Below are positions 24,760 to 36,679 of a stretch of DNA of 64,000 nucleotides, in pieces; positions within the stretch are counted from its first letter, which is position 1; each line of letters starts with the position of its first letter. The DNA comes from Octopus vulgaris. Lineage: Eukaryota. The notes beneath the pieces were generated by a model. It saw only the letters and a list, made by a program, of their open reading frames with translations. It made no database searches and had not been told where the DNA came from. The position numbers were made by a program, and so were the translations under genes. The stretch covers positions 4,774,001-4,838,000 of the forward strand of contig OX597842.1 of NCBI GenBank assembly GCA_951406725.2, in the 5' to 3' direction.

Positions 24760-25790
24760 GGCATTATATATAATTTTTAAAAACAAGGATGCTGGACAAT
24801 AGGAAAAAACATTAAGAAGGTTGGTGCAAAAAATGGAACAAGAAAAAGAAACGAAACCAAGAACTACAATTCTCATCCTCCCTGATTGCAGAAAACACAT
24901 TAAATGGAACTGATTTAGAGCAAAATAACAAAAAATGCCAAAGTCTGTGAGGCAGCAACTCAATGTGGAGTGGGTGGTGCTCTCCAGTTCTATAAAAGAA
25001 ACCTGTTTATGTGTCTGCTCCTGCTAAAAATTTCAGATCTGAAATTAAGCAGTGTGTTGAAATTGCTGAATCTAAGAAGAATATGAGATTTTTCTGCTAT
25101 GCATAAGTTGCATTTCTTAGATTGATTAACAGATGGCTTGGATTTCTGCACTATTATCAACTTAATTGTGTGTGGTGTGGAGCTACCCTTCAAATTCCAT
25201 ACATGGCTAGTCGACTTAGTTGCATTGCTTTTATTGATGTGTTGGGAAAAATATAGGTGGTTTCCATAATGTCTCTTAAATTCACCCTCACATCACCCGA
25301 TGTAATTCTTCTTTTCAATTGATTTGTTTTGGAGTATAGCTGTAACTTCAGCCTCATATATGACAGTTAATCATACATGTCTGGTGAAGTGGGCAAACTT
25401 CAGGGTCTCGATAGTTATGACCAGGAGTCGTCTCTTGGTGATTTTTGTGAGCTATAATGTTCTTCATATTGGTGCAGTAGCTGTATATTTTTATTGAGCA
25501 TCAGTTAAAAATTTTCCTGGATTTATGATTTATTGGAAAATGTTTATCAAAAAGAGACAGGGATTTCTTGGCTGTATCATTAAGGAAGAAAGGAGGGGCA
25601 AACAATTATTTTTCTAGGTCTATTTTTTGGTCTATTTTTACAATTCATATTTTTAGTTTTAGAGTTGTAATATATTTTATCTTTGAAGTCACTGTTAGCC
25701 AGGGTGTTATTATAGTAGGGGTCAGCCTTATCAAATGTTTGTTTTGAAGATAGCTTTGATATCCTATATTGATAAACATTATTGATGACA
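24760..25790 (-). mobile_element. Penelope-like element GIY-YIG region, decayed
   Basis: VIYEA...NYIG.CEGEFK and CNLCIAEKSHIL...LLNFRSEIFSRSRH..RFLL, the typical C-terminus of one PLE clade. Confidence 0.8.
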
Positions 25791-26247
25791 CATTCATCAT
25801 CGTCGTTTAACGTCCGTTCTCCATGCTAGCATGGGTTGGACGGTTCGACCGGGGTTCTGGGAAGCCAGAAGGCTGCACCAGGCTCCAGTCTAATCTGGCA
25901 ATGTTTCTACAGCTGGATGCCCTTCCTAACGCCAAGGATGCCCTTCCTAACGTCATGTATGTTTTTTTTTTTTATACACCCATTAGCCTGACATGTCTTC
26001 TCATGTTTCTGGGAAACATCTCTTCATTATGCTAAGGGACATTTACATTGTTGGAAATGTTTTTAATTCAAAATTCTCCCCTACCCCACCACACTGTTCT
26101 TTGTGGATCAGTCCTAATGCATCTCCAATACTATCTATTTCTCTCTCACTCACTGTCTCTATCTTCCCCTTCCTTTTTCTACTAGGGTAGCCAAGTATGT
26201 TCTCTATAGTAAGACCCCTATTTCCATCCCTCTATCATACTCTAACC

Positions 26248-26665
26248 CAGTGCTTCTCAGCTGGGCTCCATATGGCCCTTCGGAGTCCCTATAAGTTTCT
26301 GTTAAAATTTATCTGCATAAATTGCTTGTACTTTTGCAATACACAAAATATTTGAATTTTTTTATACAATTCCTTATAATTATTTAATTATTACAATATA
26401 GTGGGACTTTTTTAAACATCAAATACTTATGAGGGTCCATCTAAGTAAAATAGAAATCAAAAGGGTCCATAGGTAAAAAAAATGGTTTAGAAACACTAGC
26501 CTAAAGCATATGGCCCTGCATGAGATTTTGCTAGAATTTATGTGCAATAATAATACTACAATACACAAAATATTATAATATTTTCTTTGCAATTCCTAGT
26601 ATCTAATTATAAAAATACAGGAGAGTAAAGTAGGAATCAAAGGGATCCATAGGAGAACCACTAGG
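26248..26665. mobile_element. hAT-like MITE remnants
   Basis: cagtgcttctc ... gaaacacta and gagaaccacta termini. Internal partial duplication. Confidence 0.5.
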
Positions 26666-27470
26666 CTAACCTGTCACGCTTCCTCTCCCAGCCAAAGGGC
26701 CTTTGTCTCACAAGTAGTAACCCTGCTAGTGCTGGTTCCATGTAAAAAGCACCCAGCACCTTATGAAATGGTTGGTGACAAAAAGGACATCCAGCCATAG
26801 AAATCATGCCAGAACAAATAATGGATCCTGATTAGGAAGCAAACTTCATCACACAGCCACACTGTACTTTTATCTTCATCAATTCCTGTACATTTTCCAT
26901 GCTGGCATGGGTAAGATGGCTCGATTGGAGCTGGCAAGCCAGGGAACTGCTCCAGGCTCCAGTCAGTTTGGCTTGATTTCTACAGCTGGATGCCCTTCCT
27001 ATTGAGAACCACTTTACAGATTGTACCGGGTGCTTTTTATGTGTCACTGACATGAAAGCCTTTTACATATCACTGGCACTGGTAATGCCTTTTACGTTTC
27101 ACTGGTACGGGTGCTTTTTATGTGTCACTAGGATGGGTTTTCTTTCCCTGTGTCACTGGCATGGGTGCCTTTTACATGTCACCAGCATGGGTACCTTTCA
27201 TGTGTCGCCAGCTCTGGCCATGATTACGATTTCATTGAGCTTGACATGTCTTTACAGCAAATCATCAAAGGTGTTTGTCCCTTGTCATCCTCAGTGAGAT
27301 TCAACATCCAAGGATCACATTTCACCACCTCATCCCACATCTTCCTGGGTTTTTACCTCTTCCCCAGTTTCCTTTCAAATTTGGAGATTGGCACTTTTTT
27401 ATGCATTTTGTTTTGTTTTTCTGTAATTTTTTCTTTCTTTTCATTCAGTTATAATTTTCTTTTTCTGCAG

Positions 27471-29817
27471 ATGTGGTGACCCTGTGCAACGAATTGAGCA
27501 GTCAGCGCTGGGTTCTGTGTTTGTATGCACCTTTGGCGGTGCAAAACACGGTGTGTCTGGATGTCGCCGGACGTACCTGTCCCAGCGTGACCTACAAGCC
27601 CATATCAACCACCGTCATTTGCGGCAAGGTGCAGGACCTGACCCTCCACCAGCTTCAAAGACACAACCACCCCAACAACAGCAGCAGCACCCACAGCCCC
27701 AGCAGCAACAGGTTGTGTCATCAGTATCCAGTAGTCAGGCAGCAGCAATTGGACAACCACCACCACCACAACAGCAAAGTCAGGGACCAGGTCAGAGTCA
27801 GCAGTCGTCACATTTGACCTCACAGCACGGCCGAGGATCTCAGCCGACACCCCACAGTCATATGGCTCAGAAACAACAGCAGCAACAACAACAACCACCA
27901 CCACCACAACAGCAACCACCACAGCAAACCAGGAGTGGGCAACAACAAGCACCAAGTAGTGGTCACTTGGGACAGTCAACGGCTAGTGGTCACCAATCCA
28001 TAACCAGCAACTATGTTCCAGTATCCGCTCCTTCGCAGTCATTAGTTGGGATCGACCTCTTGACCTCGATCAGCCAACAACAGCAACACGACCAGATGGT
28101 TTATCACCATCGTGCTGGCAGCACAATTGACGAATCGCAATTGGTGGGGCAGACATCAGCCCCACCACCCCTTTTGGCTCTTCCGACCCAGCAACAGCAG
28201 CACATGCATGGTCCTCCTCCCCTGCCGCAGCAGCAACAGCAGCAACATGCTGGCCACCATGTGGTCAGTGGGATGCCGGTGGTGTCGACGGCATCAGTGA
28301 CTCTTCCTTTGCCGACCCCTGCTTCAGGAAAGCATGGCCGGGTAGGTGTGGGAGCAGGAGGGGGTGGTGGACCAAATCCTGGTGGAGCAGCAGGGGCTGG
28401 GGGCATGGGTGTACCGCCACCACCACCGCAGCCTCCTCCTCATGGAGGCATGCCTCCCCCTCTTCTGCCCCACCTCCACAACCATCACCACCAGCAACAG
28501 CAGCAACAACAGCAAGCACAGCAACACCACCACCACCCTCAGCAGCAACAGCAGCCAATGGCGTCGGCCCATGACTCCTATGGCATCTCTGCAATCCCAG
28601 TGATGTCGAGCTCAACGCGAACCAACCTAATCACAGTTCCAATCCAGGATGAGACAGAGTATGGCAACCGGGCTGAACCTCCGCCACATGCCCACCCCCA
28701 CCATCATCAGCAGCATCAACAACAACACCACCAACAGCACCATCACCATCACCATCACCAACAACAACAGCAGCCAGGAGGAGGTTACCACCCATCAGGG
28801 CAACCGTTTGCCACCAACACACCACCACCACCTACGGTACCTTTCCCTCCAGGCCACCCCCTACAGCAGGTCGCTGTGCATGTGCCACCCCAGCAACAGC
28901 AGCCACCACCTGCAACCACTGTAGCTGGATCATTCCCGCCCTCTTCAATGGCGCTGTCCCCTCAAGGCATGCCCCCTGTTCCCGTCTCCTATGCACCCCC
29001 GCCTCCCACATCGTCTTCAGTGGTAGTTGGACACGGAGGAGGTGGCGGTGGGGGACCAATGCCCCCACTCTGCTCTCCTCTATACTCTTCTCCACAGAGC
29101 TTCCCTCAGGGTGGCGGTGGTGCAGGAGGTCATGGAGGCCCTCCACAGGGCTTCCCCCAGGGTGGGGGTGGAGGTGGTCATGGCAGGCCTCCTCCACAGA
29201 GTTTTCCCCAGGGTGGTGGAGGAGGAGGTCATGCTGGGCCTCCCCCACCATCACCTCATCACCCTCATGTGATGGTTGGACACCAGCCAAGAGGTGGAGG
29301 AGGAAGCGGAGGCCCCCCACGGACCCAGCTCCCACCACCACTGCTCTCTGGTATAGCCACAGCACCCCCACCCCTTGCAAACATGGCCACTGCACCGCCA
29401 CCGCCGCCCATGCAGGGTCACCCCCCAGGATTGCCAATGCCCTCAGTTGTCGTTGGCCAGCCCCCTCCCCCACAGCAGCAACAACAGCAGCAGCAGCAGC
29501 AACGCCTTGGCATGCCCCCTCAGCCGCCCCCACCGCCTCCTCCTCCTCCCCCTCACTTCCCCAACCCCCACGGGCCCTACGAGGAGCCTCCACCACCTCC
29601 CATCAGTGCTGGATACCCACCACCCCCACAGCAGCAACAGCAACCCCAACAGCAGCAGCCACAGCCAGGTAGCCCCAGGATGGGGTGGGCTGGAGGACCG
29701 ATGCCACCACCACCCAGGGGCCCTCATCCACGGCCGCCTGGTAGCACCCTGGCCCAGCTGCAGCAAGCACAAAGATCACAGACAGACAACACTGGACATT
29801 ACAATCAGTATTACTGA
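27471..29817 (+). CDS. CBLL1: Hakai/CBLL1 last coding exon: last RING Cys, HYB zinc finger, long low-complexity tail
   Basis: Acceptor ttttctgcag|A completes AGA (Arg). Reads [10 protein letters not shown]...[20 protein letters not shown] (Hakai HYB/C2H2 signature), contains NLITVPIQD and ends YNQYY-TGA. Confidence 0.95.
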
Positions 29818-30480
29818 ACTTGCCTGAGTCCAGCTTGGGTCGGGTCAAAGGTTAAAGGTCAATGACCTGAAAGTTAGACAATGGGTCAAAAACAATGACG
29901 AATTTAACCTACAACCCATTCTTTCCCACAAAGTCAGATATCTGGTGGGTAGAAGGTGGGCTGATGGTCTACAGAAGAGGGAGGAGAGGGGATTATTACA
30001 TTGGGATCATTTGTTCCGAAAGACCCCTTAGGGGACAGATGAAAAGTTTTTAATGGCCCAAATCAAAGATTCAAGGACCTTTAATTTTTGTGGAGAAAAT
30101 AAAAAAAAATTGAAGGAAACAAGAAGACTTTTTTTTTTGTTGGTTGGTGAGGGTCCTTGTTTCTCTTTTTGGGAATATAAGGAACACTGGAAGTGTCCAT
30201 TATTTTTGGGGAGGTGGGTGGGTCTTTATTTTTTTTTTGTTAGAGGTGTGTTGGCCCTCAGTTTTGTTGGGTGAGAGGGGGTAATTTTTTTTAATTTCCA
30301 AATACAACTTGTTTCATTTGATTTTTCTTTGTTCTTTTGTTTATTATTTTGATATAGAATTTTATAATTAATAATAATAATAATAGTAATAATAATTATA
30401 AACAATTACCATGATTTTTTATTGTTTCTCTAATTAATATTTTTCATTGTTTGTTGTGGTTTAGCAACAATTATGTCTGC
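29818..30480 (+). other. Probable proximal 3' UTR of Hakai
   Basis: Non-repetitive, increasingly U-rich sequence after the stop. An AATAAA lies near 30098, but the true 3' end cannot be fixed from sequence. Confidence 0.5.
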
Positions 30481-30668
30481 TATCCACAGTCTATGTGGCC
30501 TGACACAGGCGTGGCTGTGTGGTAAGAAGTTTGCTTCCCAGCCACATGGTTCCAGGTTCAGTCCCACTGCGTGACATCTTGGGCAAGTGTCTTCTATTAT
30601 AGCCTCAGCCAACCAAAGCCTTGTAAATGGATTTGGTAGACGGAAACTAAACGAAGTCCATCGAATAT

Positions 30669-30879
30669 ATGAGGGGGTGCTGAAAAGTTCCTGGCTTTAA
30701 GGAATCACAAAAGGCCAGGTTGGTGGCCCGACCTTCCAAGTTCTTTTTCAGAGCTTAGAAAATTGACAGACTGCTGCAATAAGTGTGTGAGAGAGAAATA
30801 TGTTGAATAAAATCATAATTAAGTGATTTTCCAGTATTTTGTTTTACTCAAAGCCAGGAACTTTTCAGCTACCCTCATA
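30669..30879. mobile_element. mariner-derived MITE
   Basis: TIRs tatgagggggtgctgaaaagttcctggcttt ... aaagccaggaacttttcagctaccctcata with TA ends. Confidence 0.85.
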
Positions 30880-31254
30880 CACAGAATTAACTATTTATTT
30901 CAATGAAATCAGACAAATTTTATGTTTATTATTTAATTATGATACCAAAACAAATAGATTTATAAATCTTACATCAAAACTTTATTGAAAATTTTCAACA
31001 TGTGCTCCGTCTATATCCCTGCAAATTTGAAATCTATCCTTAGCATTGCAAAACACAATTTGAAGCATTTTAGGAAGTTATCTCCTGCACTGCTAACTGA
31101 ATGCATTCTTTAAGTTCAGCCAAACTTTTGCTCCAGCCTGCGGGTAGAGGTAGACAAAATGATTGCAACCAAATTGAAAAAGGCTGCTGTGGACAGATAA
31201 GCAGGATCCAACAGGAATGAAAATAAAATTATAAAAATTAAAAATTCATACAGC

Positions 31255-32240
31255 TAGCATTCCTGGATGTATTAATAATACACATCAAGTATGGATCCAG
31301 GAAATCTGTATACTGCAAGCCAACCTTCACTGGACGATACCTCAGCTTCAATTCCTACCATCCATACAGTGTAAAGAGAAGGATTGCGCAAAGAATATAA
31401 GTAGCGATCCTGATACACACGATGAAGAAATGATTAACTTAAGTAACAATCTATTAAGCAACAACTACCCCAAAAACATACTCCAATTATGAAGAGGAAA
31501 GAGGATGAGGCCAATAAACTGTCCACAGTCTGTCTACCCCTATGTGAAAGGCCTCTCCGAAAAGATACAAAAGATATGCGGCCCATATGACATCAGGACA
31601 GTATTCAAGAGTAATACAATACTTCGCAAATGTCTCCTTCGAGTAAAATCACCAACAGAAGAGAATATGACCAAAGACTGTGTATACTCCATCCCATGCA
31701 GCTGTGGTAGATCGTACAAAGGGGAAACATGCCACCCCCTCAAAATAAGGATAGGCGAACATCACAAAGCTGTGACACAAGGAGATATTGATAAATTGGT
31801 TATAGCTGATCATGTATGGGAAAATGGAGACCACCTCCCCCTTTGGGATGAAGTTAAAATAATAGACAGAGAACACCACTGGGAAATACGAAAACTAAAA
31901 GAAGCAGCACATATGCTAGGACATAATAACCTCCTAAGCAGACCGAGTGCAGATATGAGCAGCATATGGGAACCAGTATTAAGGAAAATAGTAGATTTAT
32001 AAGCCCTAAAATTCACTCCATAATTGCCCACAGACATATGGCGTAGTGGTTAAGAGCATGGGCTACTAACCCCAAGATTCCAAGTTTGATTCCAAGCAGT
32101 GAATAATAATAATAATAATAACATCAGAAAAATACCTTGAGAATGAGAACCAGATGGAGGCTGGAGAGTACATCAGCTGAAACATTGTGTTAACAACAAA
32201 CAAGATGAGGACAAATATTCGTCAAATGTAAATAATATAT
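31255..32240 (+). mobile_element. Penelope-like element: RT thumb + GIY-YIG endonuclease + 3' end
   Basis: FLDVLI...KPTFTGRYLSFNSYHP, PYVKGLSE, VYSIPCSCGRSYKGET..LKIRIGEH, RKLKEA. Degenerate hammerhead near 32148-32192. Short tRNA-like insert at about 32038-32120. Confidence 0.88.
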
Positions 32241-33187
32241 TAAAACTATGATGATAAATATAAACATGTATATCTAGGAGCAGGCATGGCTGTTTTGTAA
32301 GAAGATTGCTTCCTAAACACATGGTCCTTGGTTTTCTCCCACTGCATGGCACCTTGGGCAAGTATCTTCTAAAACCGCAGGCTGACCAAAGCCTTCTGAG
32401 TGGATTTGGTAGATGGAAACTCAAACAAGGTTGTATATATAAATATACATATATATATATATTATATGTATGTGTGTTTGACCCCCTCCCCCACCACTTG
32501 ACAGCTGATGTTAGTATGTTTATGTCCCCGAGGTGATTTGTTTGACTAAAACACATCAACACAGTGCCTCAGCATGACTGAAACAAGTAAAAGATAAAAG
32601 GTATATATTATTATTATAAAAACCACAGCTCTTACTAAATTCAGCTTCTCAGGTTTTCCTAGTCAAAACATTAATTTATTTTGTTATTTTTTAAGCTGAG
32701 AACAGGAGTCTTGTTCTCAGCTTGAAAAATGGCAGAATAAGTTCTTGTTTTCACCAGGAAACGTTGGGTAGCTGTAATTAATAAGACTGGTTTTTATTAT
32801 AACATTATCTTTACTCTCTTAGATGACTGACTATTATACTACTTGTTGAAGTTTCACTGCATGATAAATATCTACATTTAATGCACAATATATGGATTTA
32901 TCTAATCTGCTGGTACTCACAAAAAAGCTCCTTCAGTGACCCAGACTTCAAACCACATAGTAAACCAATGCATAGGGGTGTAATGTATAGTTCAATGCAG
33001 TTGAACTCCAGTAAATCCAATCAGTAATGATTATTTCATGAGGATTGTATAGAATAGAAAGAAACTCAGCAGGTGAAATCAATATATTCATCTTGTACAT
33101 CTTCACTTTCTTGATCGGTGGCAACTCCAGCACTCAGGCTGTTCGGGCTTAGCCCAAGTATAAATTTAGTAAAGTGAACATAATAAT

Positions 33188-33580
33188 AGGCGCAGGAGTG
33201 GTTGTGTGGTAAGTAGCTTGCTAACCAACCACATGGTTCCGGGTTCAGTCCCACTGCGTGGCATCTTGGGCAAGTGTCTTCTGCTATAGCCTCGGGCCGA
33301 CCAAAGCCTTGTGAGTGGATTTGGTAGACGGAAACTGAAAGAAGCCTGTCGTATATATGTATATATATATATATAAGTGTGTGTGTCTGTGTTTGTCCCC
33401 CTAGCATTGCTTGACAACCGATGCTGGTGTGTTTACGTCCCCGTCACTTAGCAGTTTGGCAAAAGAAACCGATAGAATAAGTACTGGGCTTACAAAGAAT
33501 AAGTCCCAGGGTCGATTTGCTCGACTAAAGGTGGTGCTCCAGCATGGCCGCATTCAAATGACTGAAACAAGTAAAAGAGT
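33188..33580 (+). mobile_element. Full-length young SINE A
   Basis: ggcgcaggagtggttgtgtgg...ggttcagtccc head to the gactgaaacaagtaaaagag tail. Other copies at 15330, 30506, 32275, 40730, 51232, 57372 and 63971. Confidence 0.9.
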
Positions 33581-34465
33581 ATGTATTTTCAAGCTGATTT
33601 AATTTCTGCCAACACTGACTTCGAGTATATAATTTCAGCCAATAACACGGGCTCTTTTTATTGAGCCTGGTCACAGTTCATTTATTTTTGTTCAACATCT
33701 GGCAATCATATTAGAGGTGCCTTGTGTCAAAAAATATCATTCGTAACAGATGTCCTCTCGACATCATTCACACATGCGTCTGACACAGGTTGAGAAGTTA
33801 CAGCCCAAGTTGTTATCTATGATCATAAAAATTAAAATTCATTTTTTTTTCTTGAAATAATAAATTTCTATAGAGATTAGGATTTAAATTCCAATCTGTG
33901 AAAAGTTTCCGTTCTACAATATTCTTAAAGGAACGAAAATTTATCCAACAACTCAGCCTAGTAGGTATAAAAATGAACTGGTATCTCTTGTCAAGAATAC
34001 AGGTGACAGTCAGATCGCTGATGTTTGTTGTGCACTCTGCTGTTGTTATTTGATTGCTGTTATTTTGTGCATCTGTGTGTAAAGATCAGTTGTGTTTTGC
34101 AGGGAGGGTTACCTGCATATTTCTCATGTGTTCACAAAAACAGAAATGTGCAGGTAACATCAAACCAAATTTCACAGTCTTCCCTTTCTACCAGTGCAAA
34201 AATACAATTTCTCTACAAGAACGTCTAAATAAACGTACTGAATTAGAAATAGATGCTAATGTCTTTTCAACTTCTATAAATATCTCTGAGACAGTAACAC
34301 ATTTTTTTATGTAGGCAAAAGGAGAAAAATGATGAATCCACACAACTTCTTGATTCAGTACGAAAAAGTAGTTGTATTCCAACATTCAGTGCACCGAATG
34401 TAGGAATCTATATATAAATCTATATGTATATATACATACATATAGACATATAAACATGCATACAT

Positions 34466-34499
<34 letters not shown>

Positions 34500-34582
34500 G
34501 TGTATATATATATATGTATATATATATGTGTGTGTATATATATATATGTATATATATATGTGTGTGTATATATATATATATA

Positions 34583-34648
<66 letters not shown>

Positions 34649-34698
34649 TATATATATATACACATATATATATGTGTATATATTTATTTTATAGAAGG

Positions 34699-34749
34699 AG
34701 CTTCTACAGGACTAGAACTGTTTCATTCAAATGAAATCATCAGGAAGCT
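34699..34749 (-). ncRNA. Type I hammerhead ribozyme-like motif
   Basis: agcttc-CTGATGA-tttcatttgaat-GAAACAG-ttctagtc-CTGTA-gaagct: 6-bp stem I, intact core, stem III ACAG/CTGT, GUA site. Mirrored copy at 36894-36944 (+). Confidence 0.75.
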
Positions 34750-36119
34750 TGCTGTCAAAATAAGTTTTGGCATTTATACATTTAGGCAGATTTAATGGGG
34801 TGGTGGTGGGGGACTTTTTTGAGTAAGCAGGGCACAAACTGTCATTTTTATAGGAGTGATCAAAAGGATCAGTGATAAAGTAGATAAATGAATAAATAGA
34901 TTAATAGAATAGAGTTTTAGGTAAATAAGAAGACTATCGCTTATATATATATACACACATACACAGACACATATATACATACACATATATATATATATAT
35001 ATATACACATACACATACATACCAATACGCAAGCACACGCACACATATCTACACATACATATATATATATATAAAAAATATACACACCCACATATATATG
35101 TATACACACACATTATATACATATATATACCTATACATACACATACACATATATATACACATACACACACACACATATATACATACATATACATATTTTT
35201 TCTCTCCTCATCTTCCTCCCTTATTTTATTTTTATTTTGACTCTTCAGAGTCATAAAAGGTATAATATATGACCTACCTACCCACCGACACTCATTTAGT
35301 GCCTCTGGAGTTGAAGAACCCTAAAAGTTCTTAGAACTCCCCAGGGTGCAAGCAGGCCTAAATGAAATCAATTTACCGCTCCCCTCTCCCTTCCTATCTC
35401 TTACAAACGCAAACACTCACACGCACCCTCATACACATACACAAACACACATGTTCTCTCGCTCATTTCCTTCTCATCCACTCATACTTATGTATATATC
35501 TCTCTCTACAAGTACATATATATATGTATACACATACATACACACACAAGTACACATTCATACATACATAAATGTACCCACTTTCGCATAAACGTATACA
35601 TAACTATGTACACACAAAACCACATATATAAACGTACTTCAGTACACATAAACACACATAAACATCGTGTATACATATATACATATATATGTATATATAT
35701 ATATATATATACATAAGTATGAGTGGATGAGAAGGAAATGAGCGAGAGAACATGTGTGTTTGTGTATGTGTATGAGGGTGCGTGTGAGTGTTTGCGTTTG
35801 TAAGAGATAGGAAGGGAGAGGGGAGCGGTAAATTGATTTCATTTAGGCCTGCTTGCACCCTGGGGAGTTCTAAGAACTTTTAGGGTTCTTCAACTCCAGA
35901 GGCACTAAATGAGTGTCGGTGGGTAGGTAGGTCATATATTATACCTTTTATGACTCTGAAGAGTCAAAATAAAAATAAAATAAGGGAGGAAGATGAGGAG
36001 AGAAAAAATATGTATATGTATGTATATATGTGTATGTATGTGTATATAATGTGTGTGTATATATATGTGTGTGTATACATATATATATATGTGGGTGTGT
36101 ATATTTTTTTATATATATA

Positions 36120-36535
36120 CTCTTTACTCTCTTTTACTTGTTTCAGTCAGTTGACTGCGGCCATGCTGGAGCACCGCCTTTAGTTGAGCAACTCGACCCC
36201 GGAACTTATTCTTTATAAGCCCAGTACTTATTCTATCGGTCTCTTTTGCCGAACCGCTAAGTGACGGGGACATAAACACACCAGCATCGGTTGTCAAGCA
36301 GTGCTAGGGGAACAAACACAGACACACAAACATACACGCACACACACACATATATATATATACATATATACGACGGGCTTCTTTCAGTTTCCGTCTACCA
36401 AATCCACTCACAAGGCTTTGGTCGGCCCGAGGCTATAGTAGAAGACACTTGCCCAAGGTGCCACGCAGTGGGACTGAACCCGGGACCATGTGGTTGGTAA
36501 ACAAGCGACTTACCACACAGCCACTCCTGCGCCTA
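36120..36535 (-). mobile_element. Full-length young SINE A inserted in one palindrome arm
   Basis: Reverse complement of family A, CpG-rich, inserted in (TA)n and absent from the left arm. Confidence 0.9.
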
Positions 36536-36583
36536 TATATATATGTATTTGTAGACGTGTGCGTGTGCTTGCGTATTGGTATG

Positions 36584-36679
<96 letters not shown>

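Noticed and set aside
27473-29848. Many alternative-frame and antisense ORFs overlapping the Hakai exon
   Set aside because: By-products of GC-rich CAG/CCA/GGA codon repeats, with no independent motifs.
32038-32100. tRNA-like sequence (also SINE heads at 33188, 40147 and 61895)
   Set aside because: A/B boxes are present, but there is no convincing acceptor stem or terminator. These are SINE heads, not tRNA genes.
33600-34390. Possible coding exon(s) in unique-looking sequence
   Set aside because: Only short ORFs, with no recognisable motif or convincing splice-site pair.
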